Assembly: GCA_051362555.1 (NCBI GenBank)
Contig: CM120649.1
Coordinates: 1,364,001-1,428,000, forward strand
Source of the DNA: Lingula anatina
Lineage: Eukaryota > Animalia > Brachiopoda
DNA: 64,000 nucleotides
Direction: 5' to 3'
In this document: in pieces, positions 23,657 through 38,347 of the stretch
Layout of the letters: each line of letters opens with the position of its first letter
Position numbering within the stretch: the first letter of the stretch is position 1
The notes under the pieces: model-generated
Seen by the model: only the letters and a program-made list of their open reading frames with translations
Told to the model about the DNA's origin: nothing
The model's database searches: none
Made by a program: the position numbers and the translations under genes

Positions 23657-25027
23657 TACCAGAGACAAGATGAGACATGTTATTATATTCCATATTACAT
23701 TATATACGAAACCCGTTGCTGGACAATAAAGAAAAGTGTGTAGAATTAGCCAGAGACTGTGACTATCCAGCGAGAAACCAGAGGTCCTGCATAAAGGACG
23801 GAGAGAAAAACAGGGGGGGGGGGGGCATTTTTGTCACCAATTCCTTGAATTGTTCATTTGCATTTATGGATTTACTTGTCTGTATTTATTAATTCAGTTA
23901 TTTACATTTTGTTTGTTTGTTTGTTTGCTCTTTGCCTATTCATTTATTTTTGTCTATTCATGTATTTTTGACGTCGCTACGACCTAACAAATGACATAAA
24001 TATAAATAAAGTAAAATAATGTGGGTAGCGCCCACTTCAGTCTACTATTCCTGCCCTCATATTTTATGAAATGTGACATGTTGAGATGAATATACGACGT
24101 TTATTAATTATTAGAAACCATCGAAGGTAATGTGATGCAGAAAATACGCGTTTTGAATCCCAATGGCGTTGGAGAGAGAGAGAGAGAGCGAGAGAGTGAC
24201 TGTAGCAGTAAAACATGAAGGCCATAAGACCTTGAAAAAGAACAGTGACACAAAAAATAGACACCTGAGAAAATCCCATAAAGGTGCGTGATGTATCGAC
24301 TGCCGTGACTTCCAGTAAACAGCCACAACCCCGTAAAAGAGGCTCCACTCTGCGTACAGCGAGTAGTAAGTGCTAACTGACATCTCGTGTATACCGTGAT
24401 GAATGACCCACACAATGAATGAAGTTATTAATTTCTGCACGCTGTAATTTATTGCGCTGCACCTAACACTACCAGCACCCCGCCCAAGATCAACGGCTCT
24501 GGCACGAAATGCCTTCACGACCTGCTTAGAACTCGCAAAAAGCCTTCGTGTTCGGATCAATTTTCACATTAAAAGGTAGTTCTGATTTCTGGAGACAGAC
24601 GCTTATGTCACCCCCCACACCTCCACCCCCCCCCCCCACCCCCGCGCTTAGACCATCAATCTGTATCATCCCTAAAATGGTTAATTTACCAGACAAGTCC
24701 AAGAATTACAGTGTTGAAGATAGCAATCAAGCGCTTGTCTCTCTCTCAACCCCCGTTCATAGGCAACTAGCAACTAACACATACACTGAACTCTTTCATC
24801 AGAACGCCAAGGATATATTTCCCCAAAAAACCTTAGGCTTATAATTGTTCTAATCTCTTATAAATGACCAATCAAATAATTTTCACCATGACTTGAGCGC
24901 CACTGTTATATTTTATGAATGTCAATTTAAAATACGGACAAATGTATAACACTGGTAGTTTGCTTGGCGACAGCTAGGCGACACAGAACAGAAACGTGCA
25001 GTCTAATCGATGCAACCTTGTGTTCTA

Positions 25028-25113
25028 GACAGGGTTCCCATGCCTAGATAGATCCATCTGGATCGGTCTAACTCCCTGGGGAGTCTCACTAAATTGCTAT
25101 CAACTTAACCGGC
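25028..25113. mobile_element. Truncated MITE family 1 relative
   Basis: GACAGGGTTCCCA terminus followed by gatcggtctaactccctggggagtctcactaaattgctatcaacttaaccggc, matching the family arms; second end missing. Confidence 0.65.
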
Positions 25114-26767
25114 ACAATATAATATAATAATAAATGAACCAAAATCGAGGATCCAAGTTGTTACTACAAAGGTAAATGGGGATTAAAGGCGAAATAGTCT
25201 TTGAAGGGGAATTCCGAACGCGTTTTCGAAATGTATCCGCTTGACGCTCAATATCAATTCTTCTTTTTCGTCCATTTATTCAGTTATATGTTTAGTCTTA
25301 ATCAAGACCAAATTTTAAAATTTATTGGGGTCATCATAAAAGTGTAGTTTTGCCGATGCGATGTTGAAAATTGAATATTCATGCTCATTGGACTTGTTCA
25401 CATTGTGACCAACTTATACCAAACGTTGACGGTTGTACATGACATAAATCGTGTATGAATGCAGCTTCAGGATTCACATGACTGTAGATCGACATGCAAG
25501 TCATGTGACTTGGGTGACGTCATGGTCACCGTAATCCCCTAAGGAAATAACTGAAATATTTACTGCCATGATCTGATAAAAATCAGCGCTAATGACAAGT
25601 CATCCAAGCAGAAAAATTCATTTTGAACTTATCAGATCATTGCTTATGTCCAGCGCAATTACCTATCCTCACTTCGGGCGCTTGTATATTTCCTGCAATT
25701 CGCCCGCGAATAATAAAATGTCGTCTGCGTAACTTATTTTGTCGGTCTATTTGCGATCGTATCAATGAATGGACGCGACATTCTCCAACGGACAGCGGTT
25801 GTTAATGATGGTTTTTTCCATTACTAAGTATTTTTTGATGAGCGTATTTTATAATGTGGAAATCTTTTCAAAAGCCCTCATTGTGGAGAAATAAAAAAAA
25901 ATAAACTCCAAACCACACACATCTGTGCAAAGCGGAAGTAAAAAATCTAAATGGATTTTAAAACATGGTCATTTCAGTCTTATTACGCCATTGAACAAGG
26001 CAAACACAATCAGTGATTTCAACTTGCCGGATCTCCCTGTTTTACGGAAAACAGATAAGTATCGGCCACCTATGGCAATTCGCCAGATCTACAGTAGCTT
26101 GGCAGGCCCAACGCCATTTTGGAATCTGCTATACCTCTAATATAAAATGCCTAATCAGCAAGGAACGGATTTGTAAAAACGCAAGGTGTCCAAAAATCAA
26201 TCAGAAAACTGAGATATAAAGTTTTGGTATATGTGAACTCGTGAAGGTTTAATATTTCTGCAGACGCGTCATTTGAAATAGTTTTACCCATAAATCGAAT
26301 CAAACATTATTCGAGTCAGACCTGTGATCAGTTGCTCCTTCAAGAAGAGTTCTCTCCACAAACTAGACTCGCTTTCGGCACTGCACGAAAGTCAATAACT
26401 TCCCTACATTCTATACATATTTGACGAAAAACAAAAAAAAGAACTATGCACCGTGTTCGATTTAATAATTAGGGATGGCAAGTAGTAAGAGGAAGGGCAG
26501 GAACAGCACGGATTGTAACCAAAACAAGATAAAGAATTGAAGGCGGAAAAAAACTCCCTCCCGTTCACAATTAAAGCATGTGCTCTGTGGTGTGTCACCC
26601 GCATAGTTGCCCCGTGTTGATGCTGCAGATGCCAGGGCTACCTGCCAAAGCTGAGCAGAAGCTTCAAGGCGAAAACAACGCGAGCTTGAGACGATCTCTG
26701 ACAGACCCTCAACACCAAATTACGACCGCTAGTACAACGAGCAGGTGTAAGCGTGCGTGTACACGTG

Positions 26768-26817
<50 letters not shown>

Positions 26818-28036
26818 AAGGAGAAGAGGGAAAGAGACGCGGTATTACAATTAGCCGAAGAAAGATATCTGCCAACATTGCAACAGTCTCCTCGAGACAA
26901 AAACTGCGGCTAACCTTGACCTTGTTATTTTTTGTCTACTCCTGACTATAGGACAATGACACACTGACATAAGGAAATAAACTCTCATGACTTTCGCTGT
27001 GTTTATCAAGAGCTTCCCATTATATTTCCTTAGTCATAAAGTTGAATGTGAATCTACACATTGTGTTGAATTCAGTATGAATCACAAGAGCACCTTAATG
27101 GGGCACAAAAGCGGTCGTTTTCCCATGCACCTGAAGGGGCATACTTGCCCACATATGACGTAAAAGAGGGTGTAAATACTAATCAAGACGTCGCGTCATC
27201 ATTGTTTTTTACTGCCAATGTGCTATCATATCACGAAGATAGCTGCATAAATTCTTATTTTAAGACGAATAATAAATTCAGTGAGAGAGGTTCTCACATC
27301 GTACAGTGACAACCTCTCCAACATCGAGAAAAGCAAACGCAGTCTCTGCAAACTTGCTGAAAAACGACGTAATCATATGTGACGTCATAATCACACTTAT
27401 GACGTCAATAGGCTGCATTAATGACAAAGAAGAGATATAGTCAGTAAAAGTTATGAACTGATAACAGAGCACATGGTGAGGTCAGACGGCTACACAAACC
27501 AATGGTCACGCTACTTTTTGGTGTCGGTGAAGATGAAAGCGCCCAAGCCGTTCACAAACAAACGTTTATCAATGGTCTCTTTTAGAAATAACGATAAGTG
27601 TTCACACTTTATCTGCATATCGCATTCTCAGTGGCTTTAAACTGTCAACTCCTCCATCCAAATGTGTCTTTGTAGTAAGATTATTTACGTGATACTATGA
27701 TATATAAAGTTCATATATGCTATAAAATGAAGCCAATTGAACAGGCGCTCGCCACTCTTCTCGTGTCTTGTTTGTTAAAAACGCCGTCCGCTTTAAACAT
27801 GAAAGCGCATAAACACCATTAATTTCAATACACTTCATAAATCAAGTTGTGAGCGAGACACCATACCCTTTATATTACTTATTCACAACAAAAATATTTA
27901 CTTCTCTTTTGTAATATTTTATATTTGAAATTGATATAGATAAACATGCATGTTTACAACCTCAGGGAGACGATCATCTGATCATCAGATAAATATGAAC
28001 GCAGTGTATATCCTGCGGTGAATAAATTTATGTTCG

Positions 28037-28148
<112 letters not shown>

Positions 28149-28344
28149 CTAACATAGTATATGTTATATGCGATGACTGAGCAGGTGTTTTATGTTCAAT
28201 AAAGTGGCCATAATGGGTGACCGCTGTGCAGGTCCACGTCAACTAGGTGGTCATCCCTGAGATCTGTATCAGGCTGGATTGAAGGGTGGTCAGTGTCGTT
28301 ATTACTGGACGTGGATTTCACTGGAAAATGACTCACTCCTATCT

Positions 28345-28348
<4 letters not shown>

Positions 28349-28413
<65 letters not shown>
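28349..28413. repeat. (CT)n(CA)n compound microsatellite
   Basis: Directly visible. Confidence 0.95.
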
Positions 28414-28418
<5 letters not shown>

Positions 28419-30553
28419 GAAGTCATTTTACAATAGGTGCACTGTTTTGTAAAGCACACACAATGGCTTGGACTTAGGACGTTTTCGTTCTCAAAGGTAA
28501 TGCAGAAATCGGGAAGACCCCCACCCATCCTACGCTCTTTCGGGTCGTTTTAAACTAAATGTCACTTCTGTTTTTCCTTTCACTTTTATTCCGTTTATGT
28601 ATTTGTATAGCTATTGACCAAGTTTTTGTTTCCAAGTTATTACATCGTAAATGTGGTCTAATTCATTCCCTTACTTTTCTTTGATCAACGTTGAGTTCCA
28701 ATAATAAAGTTCTAAATGTTACGATTTAACCCCTAGTCGGCGTTAACAACCACTGTAACGGGGATTGAGATGATGACTACGATTAAAAAACTTTTGAGGT
28801 CGCGTTTTTGGCGGAAAAAAAAACGTTCTTACGGGGAATATGATTGACTTTTCAGTGCTGTCTCTTTTAGGTATTCTGAAAGGGGTTTTCGCGCCAAATT
28901 TATTTTTCCTAAAGCGAAAAAGTAGTTTCCTTTTACTCTGAAACTTTGCTCGACCCGACCTTGCGCTTAGATTTGATGTTGTGTAATATTTCAAATTTTA
29001 TTTAAAATGATTTCGCTCTAAACTCATTTATACCGCCATGTTTTCCTGGTATTTCAGAAGGAAATATTGAGATGGCATACTTTTATCTGACGTAATTTAG
29101 GAAAGATAAGACGTTAAAAAATATGAATTAGGGCCACTGTCAAATGCACCTAGCATACCTTTAATGTGCAGTGTCAGTTATATTTTATTCTTTGATTCTA
29201 ACCACTATATCTTATCGTTTTTCCTATATTTTTTCGATTCAAAATTCGAACTTTGATCGTCCCCACACAATATAACATTCCACTATAATATGTACATTAT
29301 ACCGTATTTCATAACTTAAAAATCATTTTGCTCGTTTTGATCACATCATTTCTAAGTTGTACTGGTTTTTAAGCACAGATCTAAGACAAGTTGCTCTGAA
29401 CACAAATAATTCGCCTAAATATACTGTCAGTTAGAGGTATTGCAGCACAGGAATTTCACCACATTTAGAAATTCTACCTGAGGGCTTGAGCTGTTTCATG
29501 AGCCTAAAATAATGTCAATGAATTCACAGTCATGTTGATTTAAGTAACTGTGCAAATTGTTTGTCTCCAGTGAATCACGTTGCTGATGATTCTGATAAAT
29601 ATCCTCGCTGTAGCAACAAAATGCACAGCCACTGTACAAACGTGACTCTTTAACTGCCGCTCAGTGGAGCGTACGTTACTCGTAGGTGTGGGAAAAACAA
29701 GATCCTCAGAGAGAGATGATCATCTTTCCTTTTTGTTCATGATCTATGTATAAACATTATGGCAAAGTACGTGACTCATAAGGCACGACTGAGTACTATC
29801 TTGTTCTTTCTACTTCTCAAGAAGTTATGTGCACAGCACATTAAAACAACAGATATACTTCCTATTTCTTAACATGCGTGGTTTTTTTTAAAGAGACAAT
29901 TAAACAACCATAAATTAACTTACGAGGTATCAGGAAGGGTTATTTTCCTGTTTTATCAAATAAAAGGGCTGGTGGAATATTGAAGTTCAGACAAAATCGT
30001 TTTTAACGTAATTCCCCCTGTCCCAGTACAAATGCCAACAATGATTTCACACTTTTCCTGAAAGCACGGCAGTTATTAAACATAAACATCACAGAACCAT
30101 GGCAGTAGGAAAACTAATTGACTTAAAACGTATCAAAGAAATAATTTTGGAGCGGTTGGAGTGCTTTCTGGGACGGTCAGGGATCCGTTGCCCCCCAAAA
30201 TTCATTATAACGAAAATATCTTTTCACAGTGATAATCTAAGGTAAATAAACTGTGGGCTCATGAAACGTGACTTTCATGGAAGCGAGCCCTCATGCATGA
30301 CAATATAACGGTAATTGTTTTGCGATGAATATTCATACACAAATTATTGCTCCAGGCGCGCGCATGTTATCTTTTTCTTCCCTTAATATGAAATCAGACA
30401 AGGAAAGATAAGTACAGTGGCATTCATTGCGATCCTTTATGCTTTACCAGGATGTTGAAACGGAAATTATCGAATTTCTTTACTAGGGAAATAATTCCCC
30501 TTTGGCGCTTGGAAAGTGTTCTGTTGACTGTTAGCAGATAGAGGTTTTTTAAT

Positions 30554-30596
<43 letters not shown>

Positions 30597-31039
30597 GTAT
30601 ATATGTGTTGGGGGGGGGGGGGGGGCTAGGAAAAATTATTTCTCTTTTCAATAGATTAATAGACTGTGAAGCCAATGATTTTATAATGCGGTGAAACAGT
30701 ACACAAAGGTCTCCATTAGAATGAGGGGCGAAAGCCCAAAATATGAGCAGCAGCGACTGAGCACGTCTGCTCTGGACTTTATACGCTAAATTAATAGGGA
30801 GGCTACAGTAGAAAACATTACTAGTGCTCGTTCAGAATAATGCCAGTGGCAAAAATAAAACTCTCTTTTTGTACTACCATCATTTTTATAGTATGGCACG
30901 GTTAAATTTCAGTACGTCTGTTATGTCTATTATGTCTCCGTCATTGGTAGTGTTGTCGTGTCATCCGCATCCTAAAACCCCGTTCAGGTAACAAAGACAC
31001 GGATGGTTAGTCATTTGCCGCATTGAAGGATGTGACTTC

Positions 31040-31085
<46 letters not shown>

Positions 31086-32068
31086 AGAGCGAGAGAGAGA
31101 AAGAGAGCCTATACTGACGATATCAGCACAATCATTAACTGCCATTCCATACTTTCTCACTTTAAATTACAGTATTACAAACACAAATAAGCGCACGCAC
31201 AAGCACGCACGCACACACACACACACACACACGGCAAAACACCCTTAAATCCAGTTTAATACAAATAAAACAGACTTCTTTTAATTTTTTAATGGGAGTC
31301 TTAATTAAGCCCCTACAAACTGACACACATCATACAGATTCACAGGTAATACCACACCAAGCATCTCTCTCTCACGTCACGGCATACCAATTAACTCACA
31401 TAATCCTATATCCCATCTGCCTATCTATTTATAGCTCAACATAAAGAATCTCCCAACAGAGAACACACACTGGTATCGGAGTGACGTTGATTATCGAACC
31501 TTTCTTTAAAAATCATTTCACATATATATATTACGCATATTATTTCACATATATATTTGTTTATTATGATCTAAGCCACTCTCCCTAGCTTGGATATTAA
31601 CGCCGTGAACAAAACCTTGACTGACAAGGATTCCAAACCCCCACCTTGACTTAATACTGATAAAGGTATTACACAATGCAAGAGCTGTATCTAGGCATCT
31701 TACAATCAATGTAATGTATATCTCTGGTGGGAGGGAGTGTTGGAGCAGCCAGAGAAGCAGCTTCAGCAGAATAGATTACATTTACGAGGTAAACAGACGA
31801 GGAATGTTCACGGGTTATTCAGGATGGGTTCTGGCCCAGTTAGATTTTCCACATATAAAACCCACGGCTTCTGTATGCCTATACGCTTTGGGAATAACCT
31901 ACCTTGATTTAAAATAACCATTATATGTAACTAATACTTTTAATGGGAGACCGTATAACATTAAGGGGTTATTCGGAACGCTCTGTTCGGTGTTAACGAG
32001 AGGTTAACGAGAGCAGTGGCTTAATTAATCGCATGTGATATACTTCTCGAGAGAAAAACACTACGTAC

Positions 32069-32101
32069 CGGCTGGTAGTACTCCTCTGAGGCAGATGTCA
32101 T
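32069..32101 (-). CDS. Candidate distal first coding exon (MTSASEEYYQP)
   Basis: gccattATG ACA TCT GCC TCA GAG GAG TAC TAC CAG CCG|gtacgt, phase 0, with an in-frame upstream stop, at the end of a locally GC-richer ~270-nt stretch. Its splice partner is unproven. Confidence 0.3.
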
Positions 32102-33105
32102 AATGGCGATCCCCTGTATTCCTGATCATAGCTCCTCCCCATCCCTGTTTCACTCGGGGTCGGTGTATACACCCCCACACCGCTGCTACAGCTGACTTAG
32201 GGGTATCCGTAGTCTAGCCGCTACGTTTCCATTATAACTCCACGTTAACCATGTGTCAGGGACTCTCCGATCCTTAAAGCTCCGTAATATTTAGCGATAT
32301 CCTCCGCTCCTGCGTTCTCCTAGGTAAATCCGTTGATTTGGGGTTGTTTTTGAGAGACCCAAGGCTTACCCAGTACACGGTGTGGACATAGTTTCCATGT
32401 TAAGTGAACATATTTAATAAAATCGGTGTGCCTCTCTTTAAAAATAGGTCAAACGCATATAAAGGTTTCGCCCACGCTCAGTCAGAATTTTGGGGAGAGA
32501 GATACATTCTACCTTCTTTTACAATTCCTGCTACATTTTTGTCTAATTGTTTGTTTCAATATTTTATATAAGAGTATTTTCTATCATAAATAAAAGAAGT
32601 ATGCCTATGAAATATCCTAATTGAAACATATCTTTATCATAAAAGAAAGCCCTCTGTCTCTCCCGAAAATGAGCGCGGACCAATGATTATGGCTTACATG
32701 TACGTATGTTAATGTCGAGCTGTGATTGGTCAATTTTGACCTTAAATTCAACTCCACCCAAACTTCCATTCTTTAGCTGCCTTGATTCCCGTGAGCATCG
32801 ATAAATAAAACTGTGTGCGTTTGTATATCATTGACGTTTTGATAGAACGCACGGTGAGAGTACACGACTCCAAGCTGCGTTTACTATTGGTTTTTTGGGC
32901 GTTAAAACGTCAAGGCATATATTAATCAATGCGTTAAAATGCATCCCAGGCTAGTCAGGTTAGGCCAGACGAATAGAATCTGTGGGTTCACGAGCGACGA
33001 CTCTGTTATATAAATAGGATAAAATATCGATTTGGCTGGTCGTTATGTTATTTTAATATTTTTTGTTATGTATTGTACTTGCATACATTGTATCTGTATA
33101 CATAT

Positions 33106-33142
<37 letters not shown>

Positions 33143-34412
33143 GGGGGGGGGGGGCGGGGGGGGGGATGGATAATAAAAACAGCCAAAAGGATTTTCCTGG
33201 GGTCAGTTCAAATCTCACATTTACTAAATCAATATACCAAATGGATTTTCCCTCTATGAGAAAAGTGATGTGCTTAAAACCATCAAAAAAAAAGGGTATA
33301 GGCTGAATTCGTTCAGCAACTTATCAGTTCAGTCTGACCCAACAGTGGTTTTTCATTCGGTCATGGACACCTTCGATTTTTTTTCAATTACTTGATGCGA
33401 TACATTAATTTTTCCTGAATCTTTTTTCTACTTCGTCTTCTTTTTCATTATTTTCATTCATTCATTAATCCATTCATTTATTCATCCATTCATTTATACA
33501 TTCATGCCTTCATTCTTCATCATTAGTATCCAGAATTATTCCCCCTCTTCCTCTCTCTTTCTCTCCTCCCCCCTCCTCTCTTAGTTTTCTTCTTCTTCTT
33601 CGCTAATTTCTTCGTCTTCTAAATAACCATTTATCGCACATCTAAATTTTTGTAGTAGACAGAAGGTATGCATAAAAACAACGTCAATACTAGTACGTAT
33701 TGAATGTCAACAGGATATTTACGAGCATTTTTCTACGAGTAGTTTTGAAATTCTCTAACCTGTTTACTTCCAAGAGATATACGGGCTCATAAACGTATCA
33801 GACAACAACCAAAAGCTATCACAGTAGCTGTGCACTGCATGTGCAAGTTCCATTTCCAGAAACCCACGGAGATCTTTAGTAGGGGAGGAGAATGGGGGGG
33901 GGGGGTTAATCATCAAAGTTACCTACACACAGTGCAGACAAAGAAAACGTCATGCCCCGCCCACCTAAGCACTAGGGTCTTTTGCACGGTTTGTGTGTTT
34001 TCTATAGCCGCTTCAATTAACTTAGCTCCCAATGTTAGGTCTGTTGATATGATAATCACGAAGTCATTTGTTAAAGAGCACTTTAATTCTATCACGGTAG
34101 ATCAAGCGTTAATACGGACACCGCCCTGTATACAAATAAAAATGAGTTGCTTCTGTATTCATGGACAGGTGTAAATGCGTGGAGTTTTTTTTATTTCCTC
34201 ATTTATCAAGCAGGAGGTTGGGTAATTCGAGCTGGGCGTTTTTTGCGAGGATATCACGGCCAACGGCAATTTTGTGAAATATGAATACTAAATCCATTGA
34301 TGTTCGCCGCTATAGGAAAACGGGGCATTTCACTAAAGGTGCCAACAATTAAATAGGCCTTTGACGAGAAAAAAGACTGAAAGAACGTGAATCATTGATA
34401 CGGGAAACAACG

Positions 34413-34416
<4 letters not shown>

Positions 34417-34469
<53 letters not shown>

Positions 34470-34598
34470 CACACACACACAGACACACATAAACATGCAC
34501 ACACACACACACACACATATACACCCACACACATACACATGTACACACACAAATACACACATACATGCACGCACACACACACACACACATACATACAT

Positions 34599-34631
<33 letters not shown>

Positions 34632-34632
34632 C
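34417..34632. repeat. (CT)n plus degenerate (CA)n compound microsatellite
   Basis: Directly visible; it generates the spurious CV/HT/RE-repeat ORFs. Confidence 0.95.
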
Positions 34633-34973
34633 TCACTTCATTATCATATTTTCATTTCATCGCACAGACAGACAAGAGTCAGCAATGAATACTCGTGTGA
34701 CAGTAGCAGAAATGCCAATAACCCTTCTCTTTAATTTCCTCGACGCCTATTAGCTCCCTCTTTATCAAAGTAAATTATCGCCGTGATACCATCCCTAGCG
34801 ACAGCGTTCGTGACTTTAATCAATAAACCGACGAACAGGATTATTTCTCGGGGAACGGCACGGGAATTTTCAGGACTGTGGACTGTTTACACGAAAGCTA
34901 ATTTCGAACAGGAATTGATCAAAAACACGTTACCCGATGACTAAATTGATACGTTCTAGGGATCTTAATTAAT

Positions 34974-35008
34974 TACAATACAATACAATACAATACAATA
35001 CAATACAA
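34974..35008. repeat. (TACAA)n pentanucleotide repeat
   Basis: Directly visible. Confidence 0.9.
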
Positions 35009-35314
35009 TGCACTACAGCATTTCTCAATACATTTTCAATCTTATCACCAGCTTCTGCAATGTAATGACTGTTTACCCCTGCAAATAAACTTATTCTTAG
35101 ACATAAACAACGAATTGTATTATTGTCCTCAACACAACGGAGTGTACGATAGTGGGCGTGACTGCAAGACATTGTTGATTGCAATCAATCGGCCATAGGT
35201 GAGTGTCTTACTGAGTCTTAGAGGTCAATGGAAAACCATCTCCACACCATCAGCATGCCTAAGACGTTAAGATTTATTATAATCACTGTGTTTAATGAAT
35301 CAAATTGAGTCTAA

Positions 35315-35529
35315 GGCTGTATTCCCAGAGCTTTTAGATCGATCTATCCCCACGGGGAGTTTCACTAGATTACTGTCAGATAATCCGGCTTAAATGTCCG
35401 TCCCGCCTACTACAAGCTGTAAGGGGGTAATTAACTTTCGTGTTCGCCCGGCTGACAGCTATTTAGCGTGAACCCCCAGGGAGTTAGGTCGATCTAAAGT
35501 AGATCGATCTAATCTCTGGAAATGGGGTC
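35315..35529. mobile_element. MITE family 1, copy 3 (TAA TSD)
   Basis: TAA|GGCTGTATTCCCAGAG...CTCTGGAAATGGGGTC|TAA. Confidence 0.88.
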
Positions 35530-38324
35530 TAACTGGCATCCATATAGATACATTTGTGAAATATATTCAATAAGATATTTTATTAGCTGATCTATATAGA
35601 TTCAATTTGATATAATGTTCCCGTCAGAAACACGCTGTTATTGAAGAAACCCAGGGTGCTACTGGAAAAGTCAGGCATTTCCTGATATTATACAGAAATG
35701 AACTCTTAAAACCAGGGTGTTGAATAGAATATTAAACGTCCTAAAGTTTATCGCTAAATCTTTCGTATCGTGGGTGGAGGCAGTCCTAATTTCTCGCCTT
35801 GCGTGAGGAAGCATACTGGATTTACTGATCCCGCGATATCCGTATTTATTGTGTTTATATCTGAAGGTGCTGTGTGCGTGTGTGAGCGCGTGCGTGCGTG
35901 CATGTGTGTGCGTGTGTGGTTTTTATCACTAATTTGATTTTTAGAGTTTGAGACCCAATATACCCTTTACTCGTTTTTTTTTTTTTTTTTGTTAATCATT
36001 TCAGTTTATTTCATTCTATGTACATTTATATTTCTTTTATTATTATTATTATTATTAGTTATTCATTTATCTTGAAATAGACACCACTTTCGAATTTTGA
36101 AGATTTTTTTTAAAGACTGATTTCAGGGAAGCAAGTAAGCTTAGGGGTATCCCCCCCCCTCCCCCGTCCCGTCTCGATCATGGAAACACGGTCTGTACTT
36201 CAATATACCTACGCGACTGGAACATTTGTCTTTACCCTAAACCAAAATCATCGTGCTGAACTATTTTCGTTAAAGGTCTACAAACACAGCCGGCCCTTTG
36301 TATAAATATTTTATATTTGTGATGCCCCTTGTCCGTTCTAACTCGGATGCAGCTGGCGGGTTTATTTAGAGGGTGGGGCGACATTTAGACTTACGAAGAC
36401 CAAATGCGCCCTTTTCACCCTATCTCTTTCATTCAGTTATCCGAGCTGCGAATAATTTTTTCTCGCACGCGTTAAAGGGAGAGAAGGCGGTTTTTCTATT
36501 TTAGAGAGAGAGAAATGATTTAGTAGCATCGTATGTTGTGCATATATATTTATGATAATTGCTTACACTTGTTTACAACGGCTTAAGTGGAACGTCTTAC
36601 AAAGATATATCAATAGATAAGCTGAAATTTTTTATATAATAATGGTCTTATTCTCCACTGACATATTGAATTTATGCAAGATATCATGATATGATGAGAC
36701 GGATGTATGTCAGAATTTTCAATTCCCTTCTGAAATATATGCTTTTAATGTTTTTATTTTTTTCGAAAATGAACTAGAGTCTCTGCAGAGAGAATGAAAT
36801 CGCAGGCTGCCCTGGGTCTTTTAAAATCTGGAGAGCTCTTGTGGATACACCGTTTTAAATAACTGGGAAGGGTAAAGTTTACATTTTGCTTTTAGAAGGG
36901 GTATCCAAAATGTTATCAAAATTATCTTTTTGCATAGGTGATCTAACAATGATCGCTGAATAAAATTAATTTTAATTTGGTATTAAAATAGTGTAAGTAG
37001 GCCTAATTCAACTAAGTCTTGCAATTGACTCAGGTTAAAAATTAATTTAAATAATGTCTTTCTGTTAAAACTGTTTAAAATGACTTTCAACAAATCACGA
37101 TTTATAAACTGGTTAAGAAGGACTGTTGCATTGAAATTTCTTCAGTCTATGTGTAACACAAGCCCAGAATCTAAATATTGACACATCTCTTGCTCATCGG
37201 CAAACGTTGTGTACATTTCTGATGCAATTTGACCGGTTGAGATCGTCATTGCTTCCGAGTGACTCATTGCTTCTCTGACGCAATGTCAGCAATTCAAAGG
37301 AGACGTTGCATCAAACTCCCTTTTTGTATTGAGATTCACCGCTTCGCTTCGTCATTTGATCAACTTTATGAGAAACGACACATGTCCCTTGTATTCGAAC
37401 GCTATTGTTCCAAAGGATTCAGACTAAATAGGGATAAGATTGGTGTTCTACTACCAGTGTTAACGCCACGCTCGTCGCCTATTAAACATCGGGTAAGCCC
37501 ATACATTTATTAGTAAGAAATTAGGATTTTCAAAACCATACGAAATTGTGAGCACTTTTATCATCACCTCAGGAAGGATTTCTTGGCAGATAACGTGTAA
37601 AAGTAAGAGAAGAATTCAACAACTGCAAGGACGTCGAAGACGAGGGAAGCAAGAGTGATTTACTACCACCTAAAATAGTCAGGGTGTACAGCATCAAGAT
37701 ATTTTAGGCTTATTTTGTGCTGAAAAAGACGGCAACTGAAAACCATAGCTCAGTGAAATAAAAGCTACATCTGTCGCGATCAACATTCCCCAGGAAGAGA
37801 AAAATAACAAAAACAGTCAAACTTTGACAGAGATTTCTAGTACCATGGGGCACGGTAGCGGGGGGTGGGGACACCATACGTCCCACTGGCACTCCCACTG
37901 TCCACCGCGCTGGGACCACGGTTACTCAGCACAGTGCTGGAGGTCACCCACGGACACGATGGAAGTAATTGTGGTGCAGTCGTAAGTGTATTTTCCTCAC
38001 CATTCAGATTTCCCATTGCTTTGACGTTAAGTATGGGGCCTATAGGGCCTACATGCCTGTTATTAGGCCTATAGACCTTACCTGTAGGTCTACCCCGCGT
38101 CAGGTGTATAGCCTATTTCAACACCTTTGACGTAGTCCATGCTCAAAATTACCCTGAATATCTAAGAAACAGCAAACAGTAGCGTATAACTCGTGCCAAA
38201 ATCTAGGTTTCGTCAACCTTTCCTACCCCCAAATCGTCTATGAAAATGTATAGTCTACTGTGCCGTGCTTATGAAATAATTGTGTTGTATTGCGGTGCGT
38301 CACAACCGGCTCACCTGTCGCATT

Positions 38325-38347
38325 CCAAGATGGCGACATAGGTAAGG
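38325..38347 (+). promoter_or_regulatory. End of probable non-coding first exon of TMEM256: YY1-type motif, 3-codon uORF and splice donor
   Basis: cCAAGATGGCGACATAG|gtaagg: ATG GCG ACA TAG (38330-38341) ends exactly at a consensus donor. A TAGGCCTA-rich, CpG-containing region lies upstream. Confidence 0.6.

Noticed and set aside
34349-34753. CV/HT/RE-repeat ORFs here and at 20529-20873, 26709-26945 and 53668-54305
   Set aside because: Translations of dinucleotide microsatellites.
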